Assembly (NCBI GenBank): GCA_964624685.1
Contig: CAZUYA010000005.1
Coordinates: forward strand, 1-54,558
Source of the DNA: an uncultured Ruminococcus sp.
GTDB taxonomy: Bacteria; Bacillota; Clostridia; Oscillospirales; CAG-272
DNA length: 54,558 nt
Reading direction: 5' to 3'
Position numbers and translations under genes: made by a program. The notes under the pieces were generated by a model that did no database searches, was not told the origin of the DNA, and saw nothing but the letters and a program-made list of their open reading frames with translations. Below, piece after piece: positions 43,261 through 52,008 of this stretch (positions are counted from its first letter, which is position 1; the number at the start of each line of letters is the position of its first letter).

Positions 43261-44283
43261 ATGAAAAGAATCGTTACATTCGGTGAGTTGATGTTGCGCT
43301 TAGCTCCCAACGGCTACTATCGTTTCTTCCAAAACGATCAAATGCAGGCAACTTTCGGTGGCGGTGAAGCAAATGTTGCCGTTTCGCTTGCCAATTACGG
43401 AATGGACAGTGTTTATGTAACCAAACTTCCCAAGCATGCCATCGGTCAGGCTGCGGTCGATTCCTTGCGTTACTTTGGTGTGGATACTTCCAAGATCGTT
43501 CGCGGAGGGGATCGAGTCGGTATTTATTTCTTGGAAAAAGGTGCGTCGCAAAGAGGCTCCGTTTGTATTTACGACCGTGCGCATTCCGCTATTGCCGAAG
43601 CGTCCCCGGAAGATTTTGATTGGGATGCGATTTTCGACGGAGCAGATTGGTTCCATTTCACCGGAATCACGCCCGCACTGGGAAAGAACGTGACCGCAAT
43701 CTGCTTGGCGGCATGCAAGGCGGCAAAGGCAAAAGGCGTTAAAATTTCTTGCGACTTGAATTATCGCGGAAAACTTTGGACAAGAGCCGAAGCGCGTGAG
43801 GCGATGACCGAGCTGTGCAAATATGTAGATGTTTGCATTTCCAACGAGGAAGATGCAAAGGATGTTTTCGGCATTGAGGCGGAGGGCACCGATATTTACG
43901 GCGGTAAATTGAATCACGAAGGATATAAGTCGGTTGCAAAACAATTGGCTGACAAATTCGGCTTTGAAAAAGTGGCGATCACGTTGCGGACTTCGATTTC
44001 TGCCAATGACAACGATTGGGCGGGAATGCTCTATGACGGCGAGAATTACTGTTTCTCCAAGTCTTACCATTTGCACATTGTGGATCGTGTCGGTGGCGGC
44101 GATTCTTTCGGCGGCGGCTTGATCTATTCGTTGCTGAACGGTAAAACAACACAGGAGGCGATCGAATTTGCGGTTGCGGCTTCCGCATTGAAGCATTCCG
44201 TGGAGGGTGACTACAATCGTGTTTCCGTGTCCGAAGTCGAAAAATTGGCAGGCGGCGACGGTTCCGGTCGTGTACAAAGATAA
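43261..44283 (+). CDS. kdgK: 2-dehydro-3-deoxygluconokinase (PfkB family)
   Basis: PfkB signature VGGGDSFGGGLIYSL, adjacent to eda. Confidence 0.8.
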   Translation: MKRIVTFGELMLRLAPNGYYRFFQNDQMQATFGGGEANVAVSLANYGMDSVYVTKLPKHAIGQAAVDSLRYFGVDTSKIVRGGDRVGIYFLEKGASQRGSVCIYDRAHSAIAEASPEDFDWDAIFDGADWFHFTGITPALGKNVTAICLAACKAAKAKGVKISCDLNYRGKLWTRAEAREAMTELCKYVDVCISNEEDAKDVFGIEAEGTDIYGGKLNHEGYKSVAKQLADKFGFEKVAITLRTSISANDNDWAGMLYDGENYCFSKSYHLHIVDRVGGGDSFGGGLIYSLLNGKTTQEAIEFAVAASALKHSVEGDYNRVSVSEVEKLAGGDGSGRVQR

Positions 44284-44490
44284 TTTTCCTTTGCAAAAAG
44301 TTGGAAAAAGGTTATCTTGATGGCATAACCGGTTTGTACACTCCACCCGAATGCTATTCGGTGGACGAAAACGAAGCCGAATGGTTTGACAGATCTTTTC
44401 CGACCAAGAAAAAATTGAAATCGGACAGTCAAATTTTTTAACAAATGAATCAAAGACTGCAAACGACTCCCAAAGGTGGTTGCAGATAAA

Positions 44491-44537
44491 GATCGTCCGT
44501 ATCGCGTTTTTACAGCGGTACGGACGATCGTTTTTTT
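44491..44537 (+). terminator. Rho-independent terminator
   Basis: GATCGTCCGTA, loop, TACGGACGATC, then GTTTTTTT. Confidence 0.75.
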
Positions 44538-44548
44538 CAATTTGAGGA

Positions 44549-45325
44549 TTATTTGAAGAAGTTGACGCTCAAAATAACAATTCCCAGGGCAATCAAAATG
44601 ATTCCGGTGACTCGATTGAGAGTTTTTGTATCCGAACGGTTGGCGATATGAGCGGCAACTTGCGCCCAACCCAAGGTGAAAAGAATACACAAAATCAAAA
44701 TTGTCAGATCCGGCAGACCTCCGATGGAAAAATGACTGATTGCACCGGTCAGTGCGGTAAACGTCATAATAAAAACGCTTGTCCCGACAGCGCATTTTAA
44801 CTCGTATCCGAGAACGGATGTCAAAATCAACAGCATCATCATGCCGCCGCCCGCGCCGATGAATCCGCAAATAAAGCCGATGAAGATTCCGCATAAGATA
44901 GATTGAACGATTCGTTTCTTTTTGGAAACGCTTTGCATGGCTTCTTTGGTCGTCATAACCGGTTTTACAACAAATTTAATTCCGAGGATCATGGTCATGA
45001 ATACGGAAAAATTGCCCATGGTACTGTTCGGAACAAAACTTGCAACAAAACTGCCGACTGCGGTGAGCAGGAGTACAAATATCATCATCACGATGCCGTT
45101 CTTTATATCGACATTTCCGTTTTTGCGATAGGTGCGACAACTGAAGGCACTTGCCAGAACATCGCTTGCCAATGCAATGCCGACTGCTTCATAAGCGGGA
45201 ACTCCCAGCAGGGTGATTAGCATCGGACTGATGACTGCGGCGGCACTCATTCCGGCAAAGCCGGTTCCGATCCCCGCGCCGGCACCGGCAATGAAACAAA
45301 CCAATAGTTTCCAAATAAAATCCAT
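44549..45325 (-). CDS. TauE/SafE-family (DUF81) anion exporter
   Basis: A 258-aa protein with 7-8 TM segments and Gly-rich helices (GAGAGIGTGFAGMSAA, GFIGAGGGMMM). GAGGAG SD. Confidence 0.65.
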   Translation of the reverse strand: MDFIWKLLVCFIAGAGAGIGTGFAGMSAAAVISPMLITLLGVPAYEAVGIALASDVLASAFSCRTYRKNGNVDIKNGIVMMIFVLLLTAVGSFVASFVPNSTMGNFSVFMTMILGIKFVVKPVMTTKEAMQSVSKKKRIVQSILCGIFIGFICGFIGAGGGMMMLLILTSVLGYELKCAVGTSVFIMTFTALTGAISHFSIGGLPDLTILILCILFTLGWAQVAAHIANRSDTKTLNRVTGIILIALGIVILSVNFFK

Positions 45326-45354
45326 ACGTTTTGCTCCTCATGTTTTTGAGACGG

Positions 45355-45461
45355 TTCGATTCCGTTTTATACGACATTTATTCATTATATCATTTGAATG
45401 TGAAGCTCGTATGAACCGAATTGGTATTTTTCAAATGAAAAATCAATAAAACGGAATCGAA
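45355..45461. repeat. Perfect 16-bp inverted repeat with a nested 9-bp inverted repeat
   Basis: TTCGATTCCGTTTTAT (45355-45370) pairs with ATAAAACGGAATCGAA (45446-45461). The inner pair is TCATTTGAA (45390-45398) with TTCAAATGA (45430-45438). Confidence 0.8.
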
Positions 45462-45576
45462 GTCAAAACAATCATTCTGTTTTTTGGTGAATCATGGATT
45501 CTTTGAATAATGCGCACGGAAACAGGAAAAATAATATCAACGGGAATTTTCAGATCGGACAGAAGGGAGAAAACGG

Positions 45577-45846
45577 ATGAAAAAATTTAGCTATCGGATT
45601 GAGGACATCAACGGGATGCATGCGCGTCCTGCCGGAAAACTGGCAACCTATGCCAAACAATTTGATTCCGATATTCGTGTCAACTATGCCGATAAGGAAG
45701 CAGACGGGAAGCGGTTGCTTGCTTTGATGAGCTTGGGGGCAACGCACGGATCGGAGTTGCATTTTACGATTATCGGTGCCGATGAAGAACGTGCTTGTTT
45801 GGAGTTGGAACGGTTTTGCAAAGAGATTTGGCAATGCGGAGTGTGA
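45577..45846 (+). CDS. ptsH: HPr-family phosphocarrier protein (His15 present, Ser46 replaced by Arg)
   Basis: GMHARPAG has the His15 motif. The position equivalent to Ser46 reads GKRLLALMSLG. Confidence 0.85.
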   Translation: MKKFSYRIEDINGMHARPAGKLATYAKQFDSDIRVNYADKEADGKRLLALMSLGATHGSELHFTIIGADEERACLELERFCKEIWQCGV

Positions 45847-45852
45847 AATCGA

Positions 45853-47520
45853 ATGAATGAACAGGTAGAACAAATGAAGCGGAAAACAGCGGTCTATCAC
45901 GGTGTTGGAATCGGTTGCCGATGTGTATGCGGAACGTTGCGCTTTCTTCACAGAACGGATCGAGCCGCGAGCCAAACTGTGTCCGTATCTTCTCCGAGTG
46001 AGGAATTGCGGCGATTGCATGCGGCATTGAAGCAAGTGCGCGAGCATGTCCTGGAATTGCGACAGCGATTGGAGGGCATGCTGGGGGGAGGTGAATCCGA
46101 AATCTTTGAAGTTCACGGAATGCTGTTGGAAGATGAAGATTTTGTGCAGGAGATGGAGGCTGAGATTGCAAACGGCGCATGTGCCGAAAATGCCGTGGAG
46201 ACGGCACGAAAACGATATGCCGAACTGTTAGGCGATCTGGAAGATCCTTATCTTGCCGAACGTTCGGATGATATTTCCGACATCGCGGGACAGATTTTGA
46301 CCTGTTTGCAAGGAAAGACAGAAAGGAAGGAACCGGAGCCGACGCAACCGTATATTTTGGTTGCCGACGATCTATCTCCGTCGGAGACTGTCGGTATGAA
46401 TCGGGAGAATTTGCTTGGATTTGTGACTTTTGGAGGAACCGGTCACTCTCATACAGCCATTTTGGCACGTGCCATGGGGATTCCCGCACTGGTCGGGGTG
46501 GGAGAAATTCCGCAATCGTACAACGGTTGCATAGGGTTGCTGGATGCCGATTGCGGGAGTTTGACGGTGTCACCGAACGCGGAACAACAGCGACTTTTTC
46601 AAAAAAGAGTCGAAGATGCCGAACGTTTGGCACACGAGGAAGAACAGGCATTGCGTGAATGGATCCATCGTCCTGCCGTTACAAAGAGCGGACGTCGGAT
46701 TTTGATTTATGCGAATATCGGAAACGAAACGGAACTTTCCGAAGCAATTGCAAACGGTGCTGACGGAATCGGACTTTTGAGAAGTGAGTTTTTGTATTTC
46801 TCCTTTGAACGGGAACCTACGGAAGATACATTGACGGAATGCTATATCCGGATGATTCGACAGATGAACGGTCAACGTGTGGTGATTCGCACATTGGATG
46901 TCGGTGCCGATAAACAAATTCCGTATTTGAATCTACCGGATGAAGAGAATCCTGCGTTAGGCTTTCGCGGGATACGTGTTTGTTTGGCACGAGAGCAATT
47001 GTTCAAAACACAATTACGAGCCGTGTTACGCGCATCTGCATATGGGAAGGTTGCTTTGATGCTTCCGATGGTCGTTTCCGTGGAAGAAGTGCGACGGAGT
47101 CGCCGTATTTTGGAGGATTGTAAGCAAGAGCTGAAACGGGACGGCATGGCGTTTGATCCGAATCCGGAATTCGGTATTATGATCGAAACGCCTGCAGCCG
47201 CAATCATGAGTGTCGAACTGTCGGAGACTGTCGATTTCTTTTCGGTCGGAACCAATGATTTATTGCAATATACGCTTGCCGCCGATCGGCAAAATCCCAT
47301 GGTGGAGTCGCTTTGCAACGAAAATCGAGACCCCGTGCTTCGATTGATTGCGTCATCCGCCGAAGCCATTCACCATCGCGGTGGATGGATCGGCGTTTGC
47401 GGGGAATTGGCGGCAGAAACGGAGTTGACGCAACGATGGATGGAAATGGGGATCGATGAGTTATCCGTTTCCCCGCCGCAATTACTCACCATCAAAAAAC
47501 AGGTGACGGAATGTCGATAA
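45853..47520 (+). CDS. ptsI: Phosphoenolpyruvate-protein phosphotransferase (PTS Enzyme I)
   Basis: The active-site His segment GGTGHSHTAILARAMGIPALVG is present and the PEP-utilising C-terminal domain follows. Confidence 0.9.
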   Translation: MNEQVEQMKRKTAVYHGVGIGCRCVCGTLRFLHRTDRAASQTVSVSSPSEELRRLHAALKQVREHVLELRQRLEGMLGGGESEIFEVHGMLLEDEDFVQEMEAEIANGACAENAVETARKRYAELLGDLEDPYLAERSDDISDIAGQILTCLQGKTERKEPEPTQPYILVADDLSPSETVGMNRENLLGFVTFGGTGHSHTAILARAMGIPALVGVGEIPQSYNGCIGLLDADCGSLTVSPNAEQQRLFQKRVEDAERLAHEEEQALREWIHRPAVTKSGRRILIYANIGNETELSEAIANGADGIGLLRSEFLYFSFEREPTEDTLTECYIRMIRQMNGQRVVIRTLDVGADKQIPYLNLPDEENPALGFRGIRVCLAREQLFKTQLRAVLRASAYGKVALMLPMVVSVEEVRRSRRILEDCKQELKRDGMAFDPNPEFGIMIETPAAAIMSVELSETVDFFSVGTNDLLQYTLAADRQNPMVESLCNENRDPVLRLIASSAEAIHHRGGWIGVCGELAAETELTQRWMEMGIDELSVSPPQLLTIKKQVTECR

Positions 47521-47545
47521 AACAGATCAAGAAAGGAACCGCTGA

Positions 47546-48034
47546 ATGTTTTTTTCAAAAAGGAAAGAAGGACAGTTGTTTGCACCCTGTACGGGGAAGT
47601 GTATCCCGATGGAAGAAATTCCGGATGAAGCCTTTTCGGGAGGATTATTGGGAAAGGGCTTTGGGATTGTTCCGACCGAAGGACGGATTTGTTCTCCGGT
47701 CAACGGGACATTGGAAACGATTGCCGAGACCAAACACGCATATACCGTTCTGACCGAGGACGGATTGGATGTACTGATCCATATCGGCGTGGATACTGTT
47801 CGTTTGAAGGGGGAAGGGTTTCGATCGACTGTTTCCGCGGGACAACGGATTCGTGTCGGTGAAGTGCTGGCAGAGGTGGAATTGGATCGGATTCGACGGA
47901 TGCAACTTTCGGATGTGGTATCGGTATTGGTCACCGATCCGGAACACTTGACAACGGTCGATTTTCAATACGGCAACTGTGTTGCCGGTCAGGATGTTGT
48001 GATGCGTTATCAAACCGCTCGGAAAGGATCGTAA
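47546..48034 (+). CDS. crr: PTS EIIA component, glucose subfamily
   Basis: DEAFSGGLLGKGFGI...HAYTVLTEDGLDVLIHIGVDTVRLKGEGF. Confidence 0.85.
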   Translation: MFFSKRKEGQLFAPCTGKCIPMEEIPDEAFSGGLLGKGFGIVPTEGRICSPVNGTLETIAETKHAYTVLTEDGLDVLIHIGVDTVRLKGEGFRSTVSAGQRIRVGEVLAEVELDRIRRMQLSDVVSVLVTDPEHLTTVDFQYGNCVAGQDVVMRYQTARKGS

Positions 48035-48037
48035 ACC

Positions 48038-49666
48038 ATGTCGGATACGATGATGAAAGAAAGAAAGCAAAGCGGATTTTTCAATGTATTGCAACGTGTC
48101 GGACGTGCTTTTATGTTGCCGATTGCATTGCTGCCGATTGCCGGATTGCTGTTGGGGATCGGTGCTTCTTTGACCAATACGGCGATGTTGGAGACATACG
48201 GATTGACGAAAATTATGGGAGAAGGGACGATATGGTATTCCGTATTCACTTTGCTTTCGTCTGTCGGAACGGTCATTTTCGATAATCTTCCGATTCTGTT
48301 TGCCATGGGGGTTGCGTTGGGGATGGCTGAACAGGAAAAAGCAACGGCAACTTTATCGGCTGCGATTGCATTTTTTGTGATGCACCAAACCATTCATGCT
48401 TTGCTCTCCATCAGTGGGAAATTGGAACCCGGTGTGATGCAGGAAGGAACCGTCGCCAATGTTGTCGGGATCGAATCTCTGCAAATGGGTGTTTTCGGCG
48501 GTATTCTCGTGGGGCTTGGAGTGGCGTGGCTCAATCAGCGGTTTTATAAGATCCGATTGCCCAATGTGATTTCCTTTTTCGGAGGAACTCGCTTTGTTCC
48601 GATTATTTCAACGGCTGTCTATCTGTTGGTTGGCGTATTGATGTTTTTTATATGGCCGTATCTTCAAACCGGGATTTATGCGTTGGGAGATTTGGTCTTG
48701 CAGTCCGGATATGCGGGAACTTTTATTTACGGATTGATTGAACGGCTTTTGATTCCGTTTGGTCTGCATCACGTTTTTTATTTGCCGTTTTGGCAAACCG
48801 GAGTCGGCGGTTCTGCTCTCATTGACGGTGTGATGGTTTACGGCGCGCAAAATATCTTTTTCGCTGAATTGGCTTCATCGGATGTTACCAAATTTTCGGT
48901 AGAAGCTTGTCGGTTTATGAGCGGAAAGTTTCCGTTGATGATTTTCGGATTGCCGGGTGCGGCATTTGCCATGTATCGTTGTGCCGATCCGTCCAAGAAA
49001 AAAGCTGCGGGGGGATTATTCCTGTCGGCGGCGTTAACATCCATGTTGACGGGAATTACCGAGCCGTTGGAGTTTACTTTTCTGTTTGTGGCACCCGCGC
49101 TGTATGTGATTCATTCCGTATTCGCAGGACTTGCCTATCTGTTGATGCACTTGTTCCAAGTGAGTGTCGGTATGACGTTTTCCGGTGGATTGATCGATTT
49201 GACTTTGTTTGGAATTTTACAGGGGGATGCAAAGACCAATTGGGTGATGATTTTACCAGTCGGCATTGTGTATTTTATTGTTTACTTTTTGTTGTTCGTT
49301 TTTTTGATTCGCAAGCGTAATTATCTTACACCCGGACGTGAAACGGGAGAATCCGATGTCAAACTATATACGCGGTCTGATTATAATCGAAAAAAAGAAA
49401 ATCGGAAGTCTCAAGATGCACATGCGGTTTCAAAAATGATTTTGGAAGGATTGGGCGGCAAGGACAATCTTTCGGGATTGGATTGTTGTGCAACACGGTT
49501 GCGTGTCAGTGTCAAGGATCCCAGTTTGGTGTCTGATGAACGACTCAAGGCAAGCGGTGCCGGCGGCGTGATCCGAAAAGGGATCGGCGTGCAGATCGTT
49601 TACGGACCGCAAGTTTCCGTGATCAAAAGTGAGCTGGAGGAGTATATCCGATCGTTGGATGAATAA
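48038..49666 (+). CDS. PTS EIICB component (glucose/GlcNAc family)
   Basis: A polytopic EIIC followed by an EIIB domain with LDCCATRLRVSVKD. Confidence 0.85.
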   Translation: MSDTMMKERKQSGFFNVLQRVGRAFMLPIALLPIAGLLLGIGASLTNTAMLETYGLTKIMGEGTIWYSVFTLLSSVGTVIFDNLPILFAMGVALGMAEQEKATATLSAAIAFFVMHQTIHALLSISGKLEPGVMQEGTVANVVGIESLQMGVFGGILVGLGVAWLNQRFYKIRLPNVISFFGGTRFVPIISTAVYLLVGVLMFFIWPYLQTGIYALGDLVLQSGYAGTFIYGLIERLLIPFGLHHVFYLPFWQTGVGGSALIDGVMVYGAQNIFFAELASSDVTKFSVEACRFMSGKFPLMIFGLPGAAFAMYRCADPSKKKAAGGLFLSAALTSMLTGITEPLEFTFLFVAPALYVIHSVFAGLAYLLMHLFQVSVGMTFSGGLIDLTLFGILQGDAKTNWVMILPVGIVYFIVYFLLFVFLIRKRNYLTPGRETGESDVKLYTRSDYNRKKENRKSQDAHAVSKMILEGLGGKDNLSGLDCCATRLRVSVKDPSLVSDERLKASGAGGVIRKGIGVQIVYGPQVSVIKSELEEYIRSLDE

Positions 49667-49685
49667 CCGATCAGATCAAAATAAC

Positions 49686-49719
49686 GCGGAGACCGATAAC
49701 GGACGGTCTCCGCGGTTTT
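49686..49719. terminator. Bidirectional rho-independent terminator
   Basis: CGCGGAGACCG, loop ATAACGGA, CGGTCTCCGCG, then TTTT. An A-run lies upstream. Confidence 0.85.
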
Positions 49720-49723
49720 GTTG

Positions 49724-50416
49724 TTAGACGGTTATAAGCGAGATGTTTGTTCCAGCATGAGAAGAACGGACAGCCTTTCCGTGTTTGCAAAATTCGATCA
49801 ACGGACATTCCGTGCAGCGGGGTGTCCGCGCGGTACAGGTATCCCGCCCGAGCTGAACGATTCGATGACAAAAATCGGAAATTTCGGCTTGCGGAAGGAG
49901 GGGCGTTAATTGCCGTTCGACTTGCAGAGGATCTTTTAAGGTTTCCGGATACAGACCGAATCGCCCGCAGATGCGAATGCAGTGTGTATCGGCAACGATT
50001 CCGCCTTTTTGATAAACATCGCCCAGTAGCAGATTGGCGACTTTTCTTCCGACACCGGGAATTTTCAATAGGTCTTCCATGGTATCCGGCAAAATACCGT
50101 GGAAGTCGTGCAATAACATCAGGCAGGCGTCTTTTGTGTTTTGTGCTTTGACATGGTATAAGCCGCACGGACGGATGATTCGTTCCAAATCTTCGATGGA
50201 GGCTTCCGCAATCGCTTGCGGTGTCGGGTATGTATCAAATAATTCACGGCAGACCAAATTGACACGTGCGTCGGTACATTGTGCCGATAACCGTCCCATG
50301 ATCAAGAGTTTCCATGGTTCACCGTTCCATTCCAAAGCGCAAACGGCAGATGGATAAACGGTTTTCAATCGTTGGGCGATTTGAAAAAGTTGTTCCGATT
50401 TTTGTTGGTGCGTCAT
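49724..50416 (-). CDS. nth: Endonuclease III (HhH-GPD, Fe-S)
   Basis: HhH motif LLKIPGVGRKVANLLL and Fe-S cluster CTARTPRCTECPLIEFC. The start is re-called to MTHQQK (ATG 50416) with AAAGGAG 6 nt upstream. Confidence 0.9.
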   Translation of the reverse strand: MTHQQKSEQLFQIAQRLKTVYPSAVCALEWNGEPWKLLIMGRLSAQCTDARVNLVCRELFDTYPTPQAIAEASIEDLERIIRPCGLYHVKAQNTKDACLMLLHDFHGILPDTMEDLLKIPGVGRKVANLLLGDVYQKGGIVADTHCIRICGRFGLYPETLKDPLQVERQLTPLLPQAEISDFCHRIVQLGRDTCTARTPRCTECPLIEFCKHGKAVRSSHAGTNISLITV

Positions 50417-50613
50417 AAATGACTCCTTTTTTGTTGACCTTGTGTGGTGGTGCAAGAGTAACCCCTGTCTATATTATAATATAAAAATCGAATTCTGTAA
50501 AGTAAAAATCGAAAAAACGAAGATTTTTTTGATTTGTTTACAGATTTCTATGGATTTTCGCCGTTGGATATGTTACAATGAAGAAAAGGCTGAGAAAGGA
50601 AGTGGATGTGACT

Positions 50614-51288
50614 ATGAAGTTGCTGTTTTTTGATTTGGAGTTTGCGAACAGTCAAATACCGGGTTCTGTTTATTCTTTGGGCTATTTGATTACGGATGAA
50701 TCCTTTCAAATTTTGATGCCTCCGACCGATCTGTGCATTGCACCGGAGTGTATATGGAACGAATATGTGGAAAAAAATATTTTGGCTTATCCGAAGCAGG
50801 AAGTGGAATCGTCGCCGCCTTTCCCGGAACAGTTTGATTTTATTCAGAAATTATTCGGCTATGCGGATCTTGCCATTGGATTTGCGGTCGGGAACGATGT
50901 CAAAGCCTTGCTCCGGGATTGTGAACGGTATGGGTTGCCACCGCTTTCCTATCGTTGGTTTGATGTGGAGAGGTTGTGCGCCAAACAGGAAGAACATCAG
51001 GATGCTCACGGACTGGGTGGTTGTTATTCGGCATGGTGCGGTGAGGAAGCAGATCACCGACATCGAAGCGACGGTGATGCTTATGCGACCATGCGTCTGA
51101 TGGAGGCGATCTGTAAGGCAAAACATGTAACGGCTGACATGATGATACAGGCATATCCTGAATGCGGGGGAGAGACTTCGAGTGGCAATGGCGGGCAGAG
51201 CAGAACGGATACAACGACAAAACAGCAACAAAAGAAACGTCGTTGGTATCATAGAAAGAACAAACAAGAAAAGGAACAAAGAACATGA
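50614..51288 (+). CDS. DEDDh 3'-5' exonuclease (DnaQ/RNase T-like) with a basic C-terminal tail
   Basis: Exo I FFDLEF, Exo II AVGNDVKAL, Exo III HRSDGDAYAT. The tail reads KQQQKKRRWYHRKNKQEKEQRT. Confidence 0.7.
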   Translation: MKLLFFDLEFANSQIPGSVYSLGYLITDESFQILMPPTDLCIAPECIWNEYVEKNILAYPKQEVESSPPFPEQFDFIQKLFGYADLAIGFAVGNDVKALLRDCERYGLPPLSYRWFDVERLCAKQEEHQDAHGLGGCYSAWCGEEADHRHRSDGDAYATMRLMEAICKAKHVTADMMIQAYPECGGETSSGNGGQSRTDTTTKQQQKKRRWYHRKNKQEKEQRT

Positions 51289-51689
51289 AACGAATGATAC
51301 GCGGTATTTGCATCATTGTAACGGCTTTTGGCTTAATGTTATGTTGTTGCGGATGTTCTTCTTCGTTGGAAGGCACCTATCAGCCGGAGGACGAGGATGA
51401 TAAACTGTATATTTTTACAGCGGAAAAAGTCATTTTTGTGAATTTTATCGGAGACGAGTCATATGAATTGCATTTTACATATGAGATCGAAGAAGTCGGT
51501 ACAGATCAAGAAGAGGAAAAAATGATTCTGCATTTCCTTGGGTTATATTATGACGGAAGCGATACGGATATTGCATATTATTTGGACGGATTGTTGTACG
51601 GGTATCGACAAGAGCCGTCCAGCAGCGCAACATTGGTACGCGGCAATGGATATTTGGTGATCAACGGAATCAAATTTATCAAACAGTGA
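51285..51689 (+). CDS. Small putative lipoprotein
   Basis: MKRMIRGICIIVTAFGLMLCCCGCSSS is a signal peptide with a Cys cluster. The start overlaps the exonuclease stop (ATGA). Confidence 0.55.
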   Translation: MKRMIRGICIIVTAFGLMLCCCGCSSSLEGTYQPEDEDDKLYIFTAEKVIFVNFIGDESYELHFTYEIEEVGTDQEEEKMILHFLGLYYDGSDTDIAYYLDGLLYGYRQEPSSSATLVRGNGYLVINGIKFIKQ

Positions 51690-51885
51690 AGCCCTGTTTT
51701 GAAGAAAAGGTAACCGTTCGGGATATTCCAAAGGAAAATCTGCTTTGGAGGAACTTTTGAAAAAAGAATTTTATAAAATTTTCAACAAAATAATAGAATA
51801 TAAAATTGAAAAAGCCGTTAAAAGCAGATTAAATCACCATTTACGGTTTTTGATATAATTGTTAAGCAATAAAAATGCTTGTTTT

Positions 51886-51916
51886 GGTGACAAAATGGTG
51901 ACAGAATTTACTAAAA
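51886..51916 (+). repeat. Left copy of the flanking direct repeat (GGTGACA-N4-GGTGACA...)
   Basis: GGTGACAAAATGGTGACAGAATTTACTAAAA is identical at 27 of 31 positions to 54154-54184. Confidence 0.8.
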
Positions 51917-51940
51917 GTTATAGCACAATAAATAAAAAAA

Positions 51941-51969
51941 TTGATTTTTACATAACTATATGCTATAAT
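51941..51969 (+). promoter_or_regulatory. Sigma-A type promoter proximal to the methyltransferase gene
   Basis: TTGATT (51941-51946), 17 nt, TGC-TATAAT (51964-51969). Confidence 0.6.
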
Positions 51970-52008
51970 ATGATTAGAGAAAATTTTATAAATAGAAATG
52001 AGAGTTTT

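Noticed and set aside
44301-44441. A 46-codon ORF (TTG start; ...GYLDGITGLYTPPECYSVDENEAEWFDRSFPTKKKL...) between kdgK and its terminator
   Set aside because: It has no SD and only a TTG start, and it sits inside a 3' UTR. It could be a gene remnant, but I cannot support it as coding.
51757-51858. A 33-codon ORF at the left edge of the low-GC island (GGAGG, 5 nt, TTG; MKKEFYKIFNKIIEYKIEKAVKSRLNHHLRFLI)
   Set aside because: The SD is good, but it has a TTG start, a Lys/Ile-rich composition expected by chance in A/T-rich DNA, and no recognisable motif. It overlaps the TGATATAAT promoter-like element. I note it only as a possible gene remnant.
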